Below, in pieces: positions 37,676-47,178 of a DNA stretch of 64,000 bases. Position 1 is the stretch's first letter; each line of letters begins with the position of its first letter. The position numbers were made by a program, and so were the translations under genes. The notes beneath the pieces were generated by a model. It saw only the letters and a list, made by a program, of their open reading frames with translations. It did no database searches and was not told where the DNA came from. The stretch comes from Thermoplasmatales archaeon (GTDB lineage: Archaea > Thermoplasmatota > Thermoplasmata > Thermoplasmatales > Thermoplasmataceae), in assembly GCA_014874365.1 (NCBI GenBank), contig JACWAH010000001.1, positions 2,314 through 66,313 on the forward strand, written 5' to 3'.

Positions 37676-39467
37676 CGCTTCCTCCAGAATTTGTTGAATC
37701 TTCGGTAGAAGTGTCTGATTTTGTAAAAGTGTTGGAAGGCCCGGAGACAGACTCGTTAACATTACCTTCTGCGTCGCTGGATAATATCGCTTCTGCGTGA
37801 ACAAATTTCTTTCCTCTCATTGCAGATAATGCGGCTGCCAGGAAAAATAGGGCAGCACCAACATAGAAAGAGATTCTCAAGGAGCCAATGAATGCCGGTG
37901 CAAGTGCAGTTGGAAACCACCGTGTTCCCAGAAGCAAGCTGTACGTATGTCCACTAATAAGAGAAGTGAAGGAGGATGGAAGTTCCGCGAATATCTGCCC
38001 CATCGGGTTATAACCAAGAAACGCAGAGAACAATGCTGCGGTGGGTGGTAGTTTTGTGAACAGCGGCGCCAAAATCTGGGCACCTGAGTTGCTCAGTGCC
38101 GGCGTGAAATAAACCGGTATCAGGTTTGTCAGCCCAACAATTACGACGGTGAAGAAAATTGCCAGGCTCATTGTGGAACCAGTGTTCTGCAAAGTTGCCC
38201 TCATTCCCGAAGCTGTGCCACGGACCCTGGCAGGAACGGAGTTCATTACTGCCGTAACATTAGGCGCGGCAAACATCCCAAGGGAGCAACCAAACAGAAA
38301 CAGAATAGCGGCAAATACCGGATACGAGAAATTATAGTTAAGCGTACTCATGAACAGCAGGGAAATTCCGGCAAGTACCATTCCAAATGTACTCAGGAAC
38401 CTGGCTCCTATCCTATCGGAAAGCGCACCACTAAGCGGGCCCATTACCACAAAACCAATCATCATTGGAATCATGTAAATGCCAGCCCAGAAGGGGACGG
38501 AAGAATACGAATAACCATGGAGGGGGAGCCAGATCCCCTGCAGCAAAATAATTAACATCAATTGAACGCCTCCCATACCCAACCCCTGAAGCATACCTGC
38601 AAAACTTCCGGAAGAGAATGCCCTATTTCTGAACATCTTCATGTCGAACATCGGTTGCTCCACGTAGAATTCAACTGCAATGAATAGAACCAGCAACAAT
38701 GAACCCGACAAAAGGGACGCAATTACCCATGGGTTTCCCCAGCCCATGGTGGAATTCCCGTATGGCATGAGACCATATGTCACTGCAAGCAAGATGAGCG
38801 CAAGTCCACTTCCGAAGGTCAGGTTCCCCGCAATATCTATTTTCTGGTCTGGATGCTTAACAGAATTGTCTTTCAGCTTGGCATAAGACCAGACTGTACC
38901 CAATATTCCAACGGGTACACTTACAAGAAAGATGTCTCTCCAATATATTGCAGATAATATCCCACCTAAAATCAGTCCAACCAGGGAACCGGCAAGGAAT
39001 GAGATCTGGTTTATTCCCATTGCCTTCCCGCGTTCATTAGGGGGGAAGCTGTCGGTGATTATAGCTGCAGAATTTGCAAACAAGAAAGATGCTCCGACTG
39101 CCTGAATCATTCTGAACAGGATCAGTTCCAGTGCACCTGCACTGCCCGTATTTGGAGTAAGATACAAGGTTATGGAACCTATTGTAAAAACCAGGAAACC
39201 GAAATTGAAGAGCCGAACTCTTCCAAAGATGTCAGATAATCTGCCAACGGTTACCAGTACCGCTGCGGTTATTATGTTATAACCCATCAAAATCCACAAA
39301 AGATACTCAAACGATCCAGGCAGGAATGGATCTATGTTGATCCCCCTGAAAATCGCAGGTAATGAAATCAGTATGATGGTACCGTTTATTGATGCCATCA
39401 GCACACCTATCGTAGTATTTGACAGGGCAACCCATTTGTACTGTACCAATATAACCAGACGGGTCAT
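37662..39467 (-). CDS. DHA2-type (EmrB/QacA-like) 14-TM MFS efflux transporter
   Basis: 601 aa with about 14 hydrophobic segments. [13 protein letters not shown] (motif A) and a hydrophilic C-terminal tail. It is co-oriented with the MarR gene and upstream of it. Confidence 0.85.
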   Translation of the reverse strand: MTRLVILVQYKWVALSNTTIGVLMASINGTIILISLPAIFRGINIDPFLPGSFEYLLWILMGYNIITAAVLVTVGRLSDIFGRVRLFNFGFLVFTIGSITLYLTPNTGSAGALELILFRMIQAVGASFLFANSAAIITDSFPPNERGKAMGINQISFLAGSLVGLILGGILSAIYWRDIFLVSVPVGILGTVWSYAKLKDNSVKHPDQKIDIAGNLTFGSGLALILLAVTYGLMPYGNSTMGWGNPWVIASLLSGSLLLVLFIAVEFYVEQPMFDMKMFRNRAFSSGSFAGMLQGLGMGGVQLMLIILLQGIWLPLHGYSYSSVPFWAGIYMIPMMIGFVVMGPLSGALSDRIGARFLSTFGMVLAGISLLFMSTLNYNFSYPVFAAILFLFGCSLGMFAAPNVTAVMNSVPARVRGTASGMRATLQNTGSTMSLAIFFTVVIVGLTNLIPVYFTPALSNSGAQILAPLFTKLPPTAALFSAFLGYNPMGQIFAELPSSFTSLISGHTYSLLLGTRWFPTALAPAFIGSLRISFYVGAALFFLAAALSAMRGKKFVHAEAILSSDAEGNVNESVSGPSNTFTKSDTSTEDSTNSGGSDVRK

Positions 39468-39486
39468 TTTTGATCTCTATAAATAC

Positions 39487-39513
39487 ATAACTAATTACTA
39501 AGTTATTAGTTAT
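39487..39513. promoter_or_regulatory. Perfect 9-bp inverted repeat ATAACTAAT-N9-ATTAGTTAT; candidate MarR operator in the divergent promoter region
   Basis: Located 20-46 nt upstream of the MFS-MarR operon ATG (39467, minus strand), next to TATA-like tatttata. MarR dimers typically bind palindromes overlapping their own promoters. Confidence 0.4.
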
Positions 39514-39556
39514 CACAAATCGTTTTATATTGAAAAGCCATCAAGCCCAGTATATC

Positions 39557-40045
39557 ATGCTTGGGAGGAAATCAGCTTTTGCAATCGCGATTGTATCAAC
39601 TGTCTTACTTGCCGGGATTTCATACGGGTTAATCTTTGACACTCCAACCAACATTACCGGTACGCAGACTGGATACCTTGAAGTTGTGAACCACACAAAA
39701 TCAATGTACATTATTACCAATAGTACCCAAGACTTGGAGATAAATCTTACAGTATACACATCTTCGAGCCCGATTTTTGTTTTCGACGTATCCCCCTTAA
39801 ACAATTCATCGGCTATCTGGCAGAATATCAGCTATTTCAATTATTCTGGAAACTATATTCAGGAAAATGTGGGAAATGGTTCAAGCATATCTTTCCAACT
39901 GTTCTTCAACACCAGTGTTGTGAGCCAGATGAAAATCTCAAATTTCACTTTAGGAGAAATCCACCCGTATATTGTTAAGATAATTGTGCTTAACGAAAAT
40001 GGGGGTTTTGGGTACTTCTTCTTCGCGCTTGCGCGTTCGTCTTAG
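39557..40045 (+). CDS. Small orphan signal-anchored protein, extremely rich in N-glycosylation sequons
   Basis: MLGRKSAFAIAIVSTVLLAGISYGL (signal/TM) is followed by about 10 N-x-S/T sites in about 110 residues (NIT, NHT, NST, NLT, NNS, NIS, NYS, NGS, NTS, NFT). An alternative TTG start is at 39530. Confidence 0.55.
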   Translation: MLGRKSAFAIAIVSTVLLAGISYGLIFDTPTNITGTQTGYLEVVNHTKSMYIITNSTQDLEINLTVYTSSSPIFVFDVSPLNNSSAIWQNISYFNYSGNYIQENVGNGSSISFQLFFNTSVVSQMKISNFTLGEIHPYIVKIIVLNENGGFGYFFFALARSS

Positions 40046-40312
40046 GATCCATCCGGCCCTGATTAAGTCATCAAGAAGATAATAAGTGGCAAAAATACAT
40101 TTCAATTGGGAAATTAATCCCTCAATTTCAGAATTCAACACCTTTAGAATAATAGCACGGGAATGCTCCTGAAAATCCAGCATTAACTGTTTCAGGTACA
40201 AAGTTCCCATAGGCTTGAACATATGCGGCTATAATTTTGATCTCCAAACAAAGGTTTGAATAAAATGTTCTTTGGTCAAAATTGTTAAATGGGTCTGTTG
40301 TAGAACCGGGAC

Positions 40313-41053
40313 TTATTGGACGCTCTTGATCGATTTTATGATGGGTTCAAGACTTCCTCTCACATTTTCTGTCTTTTCAGCGACAGTGCCCGTAACGACT
40401 ATGTCCGCGCCAGAAAGAGCAACCTGTTTTGCAGATTCCGGCGTTCTAATCCCGCCTCCAACTATTAACGGGATACCTAATTTTGACTTCACAAAAGAGA
40501 TCATTTCCAGTGGAACGTGTTCCGGAGCTCCGCTCCCAGCTTCAAGGTAAACAAGTTTCATTCCAAATAGTTCAGCAGCCAAGGCATAAGATAATGCTCT
40601 CTTGTTGTCCCCTCTTCTGATAAGATCGGCATGTCCAGTCTTGCCCGCCGTCATTCCGGGCTCAACGATGATGTATCCCATGGAAATAGATTCAAGTCCA
40701 GTCGCCTTGATAAACTGCGACGCCCTGCTCTGGTGGCCAATGACAAATTCAAGACTGGTTGAATTCAGCAAGGACATGAAGTATATTGCGTCGGCTCTCT
40801 CAGACACCATGGAATCTGATCCTGGGAAAATTATGATTTTTTTATCAGTAACTTCCCTAATGAAAGAAATTGACTCATCAAGCGTCCTCCTGTCAATGTC
40901 CGTTGATCCGCCAACCATCAGGTAATCCGTGCCTGCTTCATCCGCACTCCGGGCAATTTCAGCGGTTTTCTTCGGGGATTGCGAGGCCGGATCAATCAGT
41001 GTCATGTGTACTTTATTTTTCTTTATCTGTTTAATTAAGTCACCGAAAATCAT
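40313..41053 (-). CDS. Geranylgeranylglyceryl phosphate synthase (PcrB/GGGPS family)
   Basis: 246 aa. HMTLIDPASQSP, AGTDYLMVGGST, LEAGSGAPEHVP and LIVGGGIRTPE are GGGPS motifs. Confidence 0.9.
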   Translation of the reverse strand: MIFGDLIKQIKKNKVHMTLIDPASQSPKKTAEIARSADEAGTDYLMVGGSTDIDRRTLDESISFIREVTDKKIIIFPGSDSMVSERADAIYFMSLLNSTSLEFVIGHQSRASQFIKATGLESISMGYIIVEPGMTAGKTGHADLIRRGDNKRALSYALAAELFGMKLVYLEAGSGAPEHVPLEMISFVKSKLGIPLIVGGGIRTPESAKQVALSGADIVVTGTVAEKTENVRGSLEPIIKSIKSVQ

Positions 41054-41877
41054 ATCGAAAACGCACCCGAGGCAAAGGCGACTAAGCCTACGATCATTGC
41101 AATCTTGGAATATTTCTGGCTTCTGGACGGATCATTTTTTGCAGTAAAAGCGGAGAACAGGAATATGGCATCTGACAGAGCCACAGGAATAAGATACAGG
41201 TAAGTGAAAATGGATAAGTAATAGGGAAGATATGAAATCAAAATTGCAGCAACAATTGAGGCAAGCGAGAGGTAATACGCTGATCCTACTCCATGAACTC
41301 TGGGGAATGTTTTTCTCCCCACATCTCCTTTTATATCTTCCATATCTTTTATCACTTCCCTGGAAAGTGTTGCCAGAGCGGCCATGAGGAACAGAAGGAG
41401 CATTTTCAACACTGAATTTACTGCAGTTCCTCCAAATATGAATATTAGACCGACGAGTATACTTATGGACACGTTGCCGGTAAGTCCCAACCGCTTGGTT
41501 TTCATCTCATACAGAACCAGCAGCGCTTCAGCAGCCAGTACGATTATGAACGAGATCAGGGGAAGAAATAATCCGGAAATTATTACCGGAACTGCAAACA
41601 GCAGGAAGAAGTAATACGACGCTTTAGTAGATGTAAGCTTTCCGGCGGGAATCGGCCTCTCGGGATGGTTTACCTTGTCGCTGTCAGCGTCCATAATATC
41701 GTTAAGTACGTTTCCTCCTGCTGTAACAAGGAACACAACAATTGCAGCAAGAAAAACCTGTAGCAGGTAGGATTTGTAAAAGAGGTCATTGCCTATGAAT
41801 GCGGAAAGAAACGTTGCCAGGAACCCCATGGCTCCATTGATAGGTCTCGTAATGGAGAAATACTCCTTCATACTCAT
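41050..41877 (-). CDS. UbiA-family prenyltransferase, probable digeranylgeranylglyceryl phosphate synthase
   Basis: 275 aa, polytopic. NVLNDIMDADSDKVNHPERPIPAG (NDxxDxxxD) and a second Asp-rich motif KDMEDIKGD. There is a 4-nt overlap with the GGGPS gene. Confidence 0.85.
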   Translation of the reverse strand: MSMKEYFSITRPINGAMGFLATFLSAFIGNDLFYKSYLLQVFLAAIVVFLVTAGGNVLNDIMDADSDKVNHPERPIPAGKLTSTKASYYFFLLFAVPVIISGLFLPLISFIIVLAAEALLVLYEMKTKRLGLTGNVSISILVGLIFIFGGTAVNSVLKMLLLFLMAALATLSREVIKDMEDIKGDVGRKTFPRVHGVGSAYYLSLASIVAAILISYLPYYLSIFTYLYLIPVALSDAIFLFSAFTAKNDPSRSQKYSKIAMIVGLVAFASGAFSI

Positions 41878-41993
41878 TTCGGGAATACTACTACATTATT
41901 TACCTTAGTTCTTACAATGATTGGCATCATCCCATTATGTCAGCAATCGGGGTTGCACATGCAACTTATTGATTCAGTGTAACATTCCGTTTC

Positions 41994-43274
41994 ATGACTT
42001 TCGAGGATCTGGACTTTCTATACGATTTGAAGCGAGAAGGAATCAAGCTGGGCCTCGATGTAATGAAGGAACTTTCTGCAGGGATGAATAACCGCCACAA
42101 AGAATTCAACTCTTTTCACATTGCAGGAACCAATGGGAAGGGATCAGTATCCTGTTTCATTTACAACATCCTTTCACAGAGGTATAGAAGCGGGCTTTAC
42201 ACCTCACCGCACCTGGTAAATTTTAACGAGAGAATAGTAGCTGGAAGAGAGTTCATTTCCGACAGGTATGTGGAGGAATTCATTCATAAATACAGGCATT
42301 TAATAGAGAGTCTGAAGGAAACAAGCAGGAATCCAACGTTTTTTGAAGCAACCACATTGATGGCGTTTTCTTTTTTTGCAGATGAAAAATGTGAATTTGC
42401 ATCCATAGAAGTTGGGCTTGGAGGAAGACTGGACTCAACTAACATTATTTTTCCAGTAGTGTCAACCATAACCAGCATAGGTTACGAGCACACCGATAAA
42501 CTTGGAACCAGCCTCACCGATATCGCTTTTGAAAAGGCGGGTATCATAAAGCAGGGCGTTCCAGTAGTGCTATCGGATAAGAAACCAGAAGTAGTATCTG
42601 CAATAAAGAAGGTAGCGGCGCGAACATCATCCAGGGTAATCCTTACTGGTAAAGACTATAAAACAAAGGATTTGACATGTGGCATTTCTGGTACAAAATG
42701 TACTGTCATTTCTCCAACAAGTGAATACAGGATAGAAACTGACCTGATAGGGGATTTTCAAGTCGACAACATTATTTCCGCGATTGCCACCATGGAAGCT
42801 GCGTCAGTCCAGGGAATAGGAGAAAGAGAAATAGAAACCGGGATCAGGAATTCCCGATGGCCTGCGAGACTTGAGATTATTCGCAAGGACCCAACAGTCG
42901 TGGTCGACTGCGCACACAATCCTCAGGCAGTAAACGCTCTAGCAAGAAACTGGAAAAGGATTTCCGGCGAAAAGCCTCTATTGGTCATGGGATTGATGAT
43001 GGATAAGGATCTGTTTACCATAATTCACAAATTTAGTGAAATATCGGATGAAGTTATTTTCACCACTCCGGATGAACCCGAGAGAGCGGCCGACCCGGAA
43101 TTCTTGAATAGAATCTCCGCTGGTATGTTTACAAAATCGCGTGTAATTCCTGATCCACAGGTTGCCTACGAAACAGCATTGGAATCTGGAAAAACGGTGC
43201 TTATTGCCGGGTCCATGTATCTTGTAGGAATTATAAAAAAACTCGAAAAATCGAACTTGAAGCCTTTTAAATAA
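41994..43274 (+). CDS. folC: Folylpolyglutamate synthase / dihydrofolate synthase (Mur ligase family)
   Basis: 426 aa. FHIAGTNGKGSVS (P-loop), SPHLVNFNERI, EVGLGGRLDSTN and DCAHNPQA are present. Confidence 0.88.
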   Translation: MTFEDLDFLYDLKREGIKLGLDVMKELSAGMNNRHKEFNSFHIAGTNGKGSVSCFIYNILSQRYRSGLYTSPHLVNFNERIVAGREFISDRYVEEFIHKYRHLIESLKETSRNPTFFEATTLMAFSFFADEKCEFASIEVGLGGRLDSTNIIFPVVSTITSIGYEHTDKLGTSLTDIAFEKAGIIKQGVPVVLSDKKPEVVSAIKKVAARTSSRVILTGKDYKTKDLTCGISGTKCTVISPTSEYRIETDLIGDFQVDNIISAIATMEAASVQGIGEREIETGIRNSRWPARLEIIRKDPTVVVDCAHNPQAVNALARNWKRISGEKPLLVMGLMMDKDLFTIIHKFSEISDEVIFTTPDEPERAADPEFLNRISAGMFTKSRVIPDPQVAYETALESGKTVLIAGSMYLVGIIKKLEKSNLKPFK

Positions 43275-43348
43275 TGGTTGATAAAGGCAAAGTTGATCAA
43301 GCTATTGATCTCAAATAAGTTATTAACCACCCCAATCTGTTACCTTTA

Positions 43349-44653
43349 ATGAACCCCTTTCTCGAAAAAACTTTTCAAAACACAATTCTTACTGGAGACC
43401 TGTCCTTACTGGGCGGATCTTATATTCCCGACAGTTTTCCACATAGAGAAAAACAGATCGAACATCTGGTTAATTTGCTTGAAAGCATCACCCGGAACAT
43501 AAATCCGTCCAACCTGTTTATTTATGGCAGAACCGGTTCAGGCAAGACTTCCACGGTAATGCACGTAACTACCCTTCTCTCCGAAGCACTTCCAGGAAAA
43601 ATAGTTATCAAACACATAAACTGTCAGGTCTTTGACTCGATTTATTCTATTATGGTAACCCTTGTGAATACTCTCTCCGCACAACCGGACCAGAACATTC
43701 CGCTGTCTGGCTGGACCCTTGACAGGATTTACGTTGAATTGATTAGCAGGATCGATGAAAAAGGGGTTTTCCTTTTAGTTGTGCTGGATGAAATTGACAA
43801 ACTTGTGCAGAAGAACGGAAGTGACTCTATTTACGTGCTCCTGAAGATAGCTGACGACCTTAAGAAAAGGAGTTCATCCCTCATCGGGATTACTAATTAC
43901 ATTGGTTTTTTGGAATCACTTGATTCAAGAGTCCAAAGCCGGCTGAGGCAGGAGACGATAATGTTCCCTCCCTACAACGCGACGGAGCTGAAGGACATAA
44001 TTAAGTACAGGGTCGACGGAATCGTAAAGAAAGAATCAGTTGATGATTCAGCAATTTCTCTTTGCGCAGCCATAGCGGCACAAGAGCATGGCGATGCACG
44101 GAAAGCTCTTGACCTGATGAAAATGGCAATAGAGCTTGCAATTCGAGAAGGCAAGGACAGGATTAGCGAACTGGAAATAACCAGGGCTAAGGATTTGCTT
44201 GAGATTAATGTTTTAAGGGAGACAATTAAAGGACTTCCCGCACACTCGAAGTGTGTATTGCTTTCAACTATCCTTTCCCAGGATATTTCCAAGAGACCGT
44301 CGTTTACTGGAGAAGTATACGAGAATTATAGCACAATATGCAGTGAGCTGGGATATTCCCCTCTGACTTCAAGGAGAGTCGGGGACATTATCTCAGATCT
44401 TGATGATTCAGGACTAATAACTACCAGGATTGCAAATCTTGGCCGGCATGGAAGGACAAGGTATGTCGAGGTTGGGGAAAAACGCGAAGAAATGAGTAAG
44501 TATATTCTTGAGGAAGAACAGTTCTCCGGATTTCAGGGAAAGAAGCTTGGCAGGCAGACCAGATTTGAGGGAGAATGGGCGGATAAGAGTCAGAATGAGA
44601 AAAGTATCGACGCAATCACTCAGGCGACCATCGATCCCGATATTATAAACTGA
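43349..44653 (+). CDS. cdc6: Orc1/Cdc6 replication initiator
   Basis: 434 aa. FPHREKQIEHLVNLL, IYGRTGSGKTS (Walker A), VVLDEIDKL (Walker B), GDARKALDLM (sensor 2) and a C-terminal winged helix. It carries an unusually long acidic/hydrophilic C-terminal tail. Confidence 0.92.
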   Translation: MNPFLEKTFQNTILTGDLSLLGGSYIPDSFPHREKQIEHLVNLLESITRNINPSNLFIYGRTGSGKTSTVMHVTTLLSEALPGKIVIKHINCQVFDSIYSIMVTLVNTLSAQPDQNIPLSGWTLDRIYVELISRIDEKGVFLLVVLDEIDKLVQKNGSDSIYVLLKIADDLKKRSSSLIGITNYIGFLESLDSRVQSRLRQETIMFPPYNATELKDIIKYRVDGIVKKESVDDSAISLCAAIAAQEHGDARKALDLMKMAIELAIREGKDRISELEITRAKDLLEINVLRETIKGLPAHSKCVLLSTILSQDISKRPSFTGEVYENYSTICSELGYSPLTSRRVGDIISDLDDSGLITTRIANLGRHGRTRYVEVGEKREEMSKYILEEEQFSGFQGKKLGRQTRFEGEWADKSQNEKSIDAITQATIDPDIIN

Positions 44654-45284
44654 TTATGCACATATCGTCGTGAGTCTTCGTCAGTTTTAATTTACGTTTA
44701 TTTGCAAAATCTGCTGGCGCTTCTGTCCAGTCATAATTGTCAACTACAATAAATGAACCGTTCTTCAAGTATGGATAAACTGTCTCCAGCTCGAAAGTTA
44801 CGTTTTCGTAGGTATGTTCGGAATCATGAAAGAAAATGTCTATAGGATTATGCTTCGCGACGATTCCGGGCAATAAATCTCTGCTTTTTCCGTAGTTGAG
44901 ATCCCACTGTCCGCGATCGGTCTCCGGCACAACAAATCCAACGGGCTTTTCTTCGTCTTCACCGTATTTCTGTCCAAGGTCTATGCTGTGGAGCATCCCG
45001 CCATTAGATTTCAGCGCAGACAGTATTGAATAACTGGAAGTCCCCGGGCCAACCCCGGTTTCAACTACGCACTTCGATCCAGAAGTACGAACAATGCTGT
45101 AAAGGTCGAACAGTTCATCTTCAGACACCTGCCAGTAATTTCCTGACCCTATGGTTTTCCTTACGTGTTCAAGAACAGGCCTGAAATCCGATGAGATCTG
45201 GATTTCATCATATTGTAGCTTCAGTTCTTTGGATAGATCAATCCAGTCTCTTTCCGCTCTCATCAAATCTGATCTCCTTTCCAA
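44643..45284 (-). CDS. Class I SAM-dependent methyltransferase (O-methyltransferase-like)
   Basis: 213 aa. Motif I is VVETGVGPGTSSYSIL, with IFFHDSEHTYE further downstream. The start is uncertain: ATG 45284 overlaps the upstream gene by 47 nt, and an alternative ATG is at 45263. Confidence 0.7.
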   Translation of the reverse strand: MERRSDLMRAERDWIDLSKELKLQYDEIQISSDFRPVLEHVRKTIGSGNYWQVSEDELFDLYSIVRTSGSKCVVETGVGPGTSSYSILSALKSNGGMLHSIDLGQKYGEDEEKPVGFVVPETDRGQWDLNYGKSRDLLPGIVAKHNPIDIFFHDSEHTYENVTFELETVYPYLKNGSFIVVDNYDWTEAPADFANKRKLKLTKTHDDMCIISL

Positions 45285-45957
45285 CTTCAGCTATTATCAC
45301 TGTGGAATTCCCTGTCTTTTCAACCTCGGATTTGAATAGGTTGGGGTCGCTCTTTATCGCATCAAATGTGTTGTAATGCATGGGAATAGTATATTTTGAC
45401 TTCAGCAACGATGCGGCAAGGGTGGCTTCTTTTACGTGCATTGTGTAATAACCGCCAATTGGCAGGAGTGATACTTCCGGGTGATAGAGGTCCCGGATAA
45501 GCTCCATGTCCCCGAACACGCCCGTATCACCGGCATGGTAAATCTTGAACTTATCTCCAAAAACCAGTCCCATCGGATTACCGGCATACTGTCCGTCCAG
45601 GCTTGACGTATGCAGTGCATTCACCGCTGTGATAGATATTTTCCCAATTCTGACTGTTCCACTGTAATTTATTGCATGGACTTTCAAATCGGAGTGTTTC
45701 TCCTGGAGAGTCCAGCCCAGTTCGACCATAGTCACTAAAGTAGCGTCGTTCTTCAATGCTATTTCAACGGCGTCTCCCAGGTGGTCAGAATGTGCATGAG
45801 TGACAAGTACGATGTCAGCTTTCACATCTTCCTTTTTAATGTCGGCCTTAGGATTTCCTGTCAGGAAGGGATCTATAATTATTTTGCTTCCAGCTGTGGT
45901 TACATCAAAACAGGCATGCCCGTGCCATTTTAAAACAGTTTCAGTCATAATTGTCAA
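45238..45957 (-). CDS. Metallo-beta-lactamase-fold hydrolase (UPF0173-like)
   Basis: 239 aa. LKWHGHACFDV, VLVTHAHSDHLGD (HxHxDH) and YHAGDTG are present. Confidence 0.85.
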   Translation of the reverse strand: MTIMTETVLKWHGHACFDVTTAGSKIIIDPFLTGNPKADIKKEDVKADIVLVTHAHSDHLGDAVEIALKNDATLVTMVELGWTLQEKHSDLKVHAINYSGTVRIGKISITAVNALHTSSLDGQYAGNPMGLVFGDKFKIYHAGDTGVFGDMELIRDLYHPEVSLLPIGGYYTMHVKEATLAASLLKSKYTIPMHYNTFDAIKSDPNLFKSEVEKTGNSTVIIAEVGKEIRFDESGKRLD

Positions 45958-46030
45958 GTATATCGATGTTAAATTACTTTACGAATGGTAAGGATTGAAC
46001 AAACAGTTAAATTAAAAAAGGGTTAATCTG

Positions 46031-46222
46031 ATTTTCGTGTGGGTTAAATCTCCTATAGCAAACATGGATTGGATAACAGAAAACGCCAGTTTTCTGAGGG
46101 TTGTGAAAGTTACGGGATACATGAAGAAGATATTCTCCAAGTGATAAATGAGATATCCTGGAAAAACCAACTTTCCCTGCGGTCTATCATTTTTGCTTAC
46201 CCATACGAAAGCGTGAAGAGCT
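46031..46222. repeat. Copy A of a ~180-bp intergenic repeat element (partner at 50624-50802)
   Basis: aacgccagttttctgagggttgtgaaagttacgggatacatgaagaagatattctcc...ggaaaaaccaactttccctgcggtctatcatttttgc...atacgaaagcgtgaagagc aligns in the same orientation with the copy downstream of fbp. Identity is roughly 75-85 percent by eye. Confidence 0.85.
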
Positions 46223-46255
46223 AAAAAAAAAGATTTGGAAATTAAAAATTTCCAG
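46223..46255 (-). terminator. Hairpin plus T9 run immediately downstream of korB (minus strand)
   Basis: The minus strand reads ctggaaatttttaatttccaaatcttttttttt. This is a 7-bp stem (tggaaat/atttcca) followed by nine T, starting 3 nt after the korB stop. Oligo-T tracts are archaeal termination signals. Confidence 0.5.
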
Positions 46256-46257
46256 TT

Positions 46258-47178
46258 TTATGCTATCTTGTCGGCAAAAGTCTTAGCCGGATCTACAATT
46301 GTGTATCCTTTACTGTCTGAGACTATCTGAACTGCCGGAGGATTTGTCAGGTAATTAGGGATATACTCATTCAGCCTTTTCGGGAAGCTAGGGATGGTTC
46401 TGTTCTCAATAAATATGCCCGTGGGTATTTTTTCGTCCCATTCTAGCGCCTTTATACCGGCAATTTTGTACTTTTCAAGAGGATCTTTCGTAGACTCGGT
46501 TATAACGGGATCCCATGACTTGTCGTCTTCCAACTTGTACACTTTTCCTCGGTAAAACTCCATGGTGTTTATGTTGTTATAGGTCGGACAGGGCTGAAGA
46601 ACATCGATGAGAGAAGAGCCATCATTCATTAGTCCTCTCTTTATAATTTCCTTAAGCTGTTTTGTATCGAATGAAAAGCCTCTGGCAACAAAAGAATAGC
46701 CTGCTGCAATAGCCAGGGAAACTGGATTTACCTTGTTGTATACATTTGGTCTTGCAAGACTCTTTGTCTGCATCCCCAATGGCATTGTAGGAGCGGCCTG
46801 CCCTTTGGTTAACCCATATACTTCATTGTCAAAAAGTACTATTGTCAGACCCGTATTTCTCCTGCCTTCTGCAACGAAGTGACCAGCACCAATGCTTAAA
46901 AGGTCACCATCTCCACCGATAGCCAATACCTTCAACCTGGGGTTTGCAAGTTTTACGCCGGTTGCAAATGGAATTCCTCTGCCATGCAGGGTATGTGCTC
47001 CAGCCAGGTTCACGTAATGAGGAGTCTTTCCTGAACAGCCTATTCCGGATATCACTACTGCATCCTTCGGTCCATAGTTCAATTCTCCCAGTGCCTGGGT
47101 TATCGAAGTCAAAATACCAAAGTCTCCGCATCCAGGGCACCAGTCTATTGTAAGATCAGTTCTATAATTATGCGCCAT
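46258..47178 (-). CDS. korB: 2-oxoacid:ferredoxin oxidoreductase beta subunit (TPP-binding)
   Basis: 306 aa. WCPGCGDFGIL and LAIGGDGDLLSIGAGHF (TPP motif) are present. There is an 11-nt overlap with the alpha subunit gene. Confidence 0.92.
   Translation of the reverse strand: MAHNYRTDLTIDWCPGCGDFGILTSITQALGELNYGPKDAVVISGIGCSGKTPHYVNLAGAHTLHGRGIPFATGVKLANPRLKVLAIGGDGDLLSIGAGHFVAEGRRNTGLTIVLFDNEVYGLTKGQAAPTMPLGMQTKSLARPNVYNKVNPVSLAIAAGYSFVARGFSFDTKQLKEIIKRGLMNDGSSLIDVLQPCPTYNNINTMEFYRGKVYKLEDDKSWDPVITESTKDPLEKYKIAGIKALEWDEKIPTGIFIENRTIPSFPKRLNEYIPNYLTNPPAVQIVSDSKGYTIVDPAKTFADKIA

Noticed and set aside
39950-40222. 90-aa minus-strand ORF downstream of the GGGPS gene
   Set aside because: It overlaps the 3' end of the plus-strand sequon-rich gene by 96 nt and has no motifs. 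I could not decide that it is real, so it is not listed as a feature.
43275-43348. Replication origin next to cdc6
   Set aside because: The upstream gap is only 74 bp. It has no repeated ORB-like elements or long AT-rich unwinding region, and the downstream side is a convergent gene. No origin is supported in this window.
46205-46222. Classifying the ~180-bp repeats as ISL3-derived MITEs because one end reads GGCTCTTCAC on the minus strand
   Set aside because: I found no matching terminal inverted repeat at the other end and no target-site duplication. The ISL3 remnant at 33.3 kb shows no similar terminus. The idea is kept as a speculation inside the finding only.
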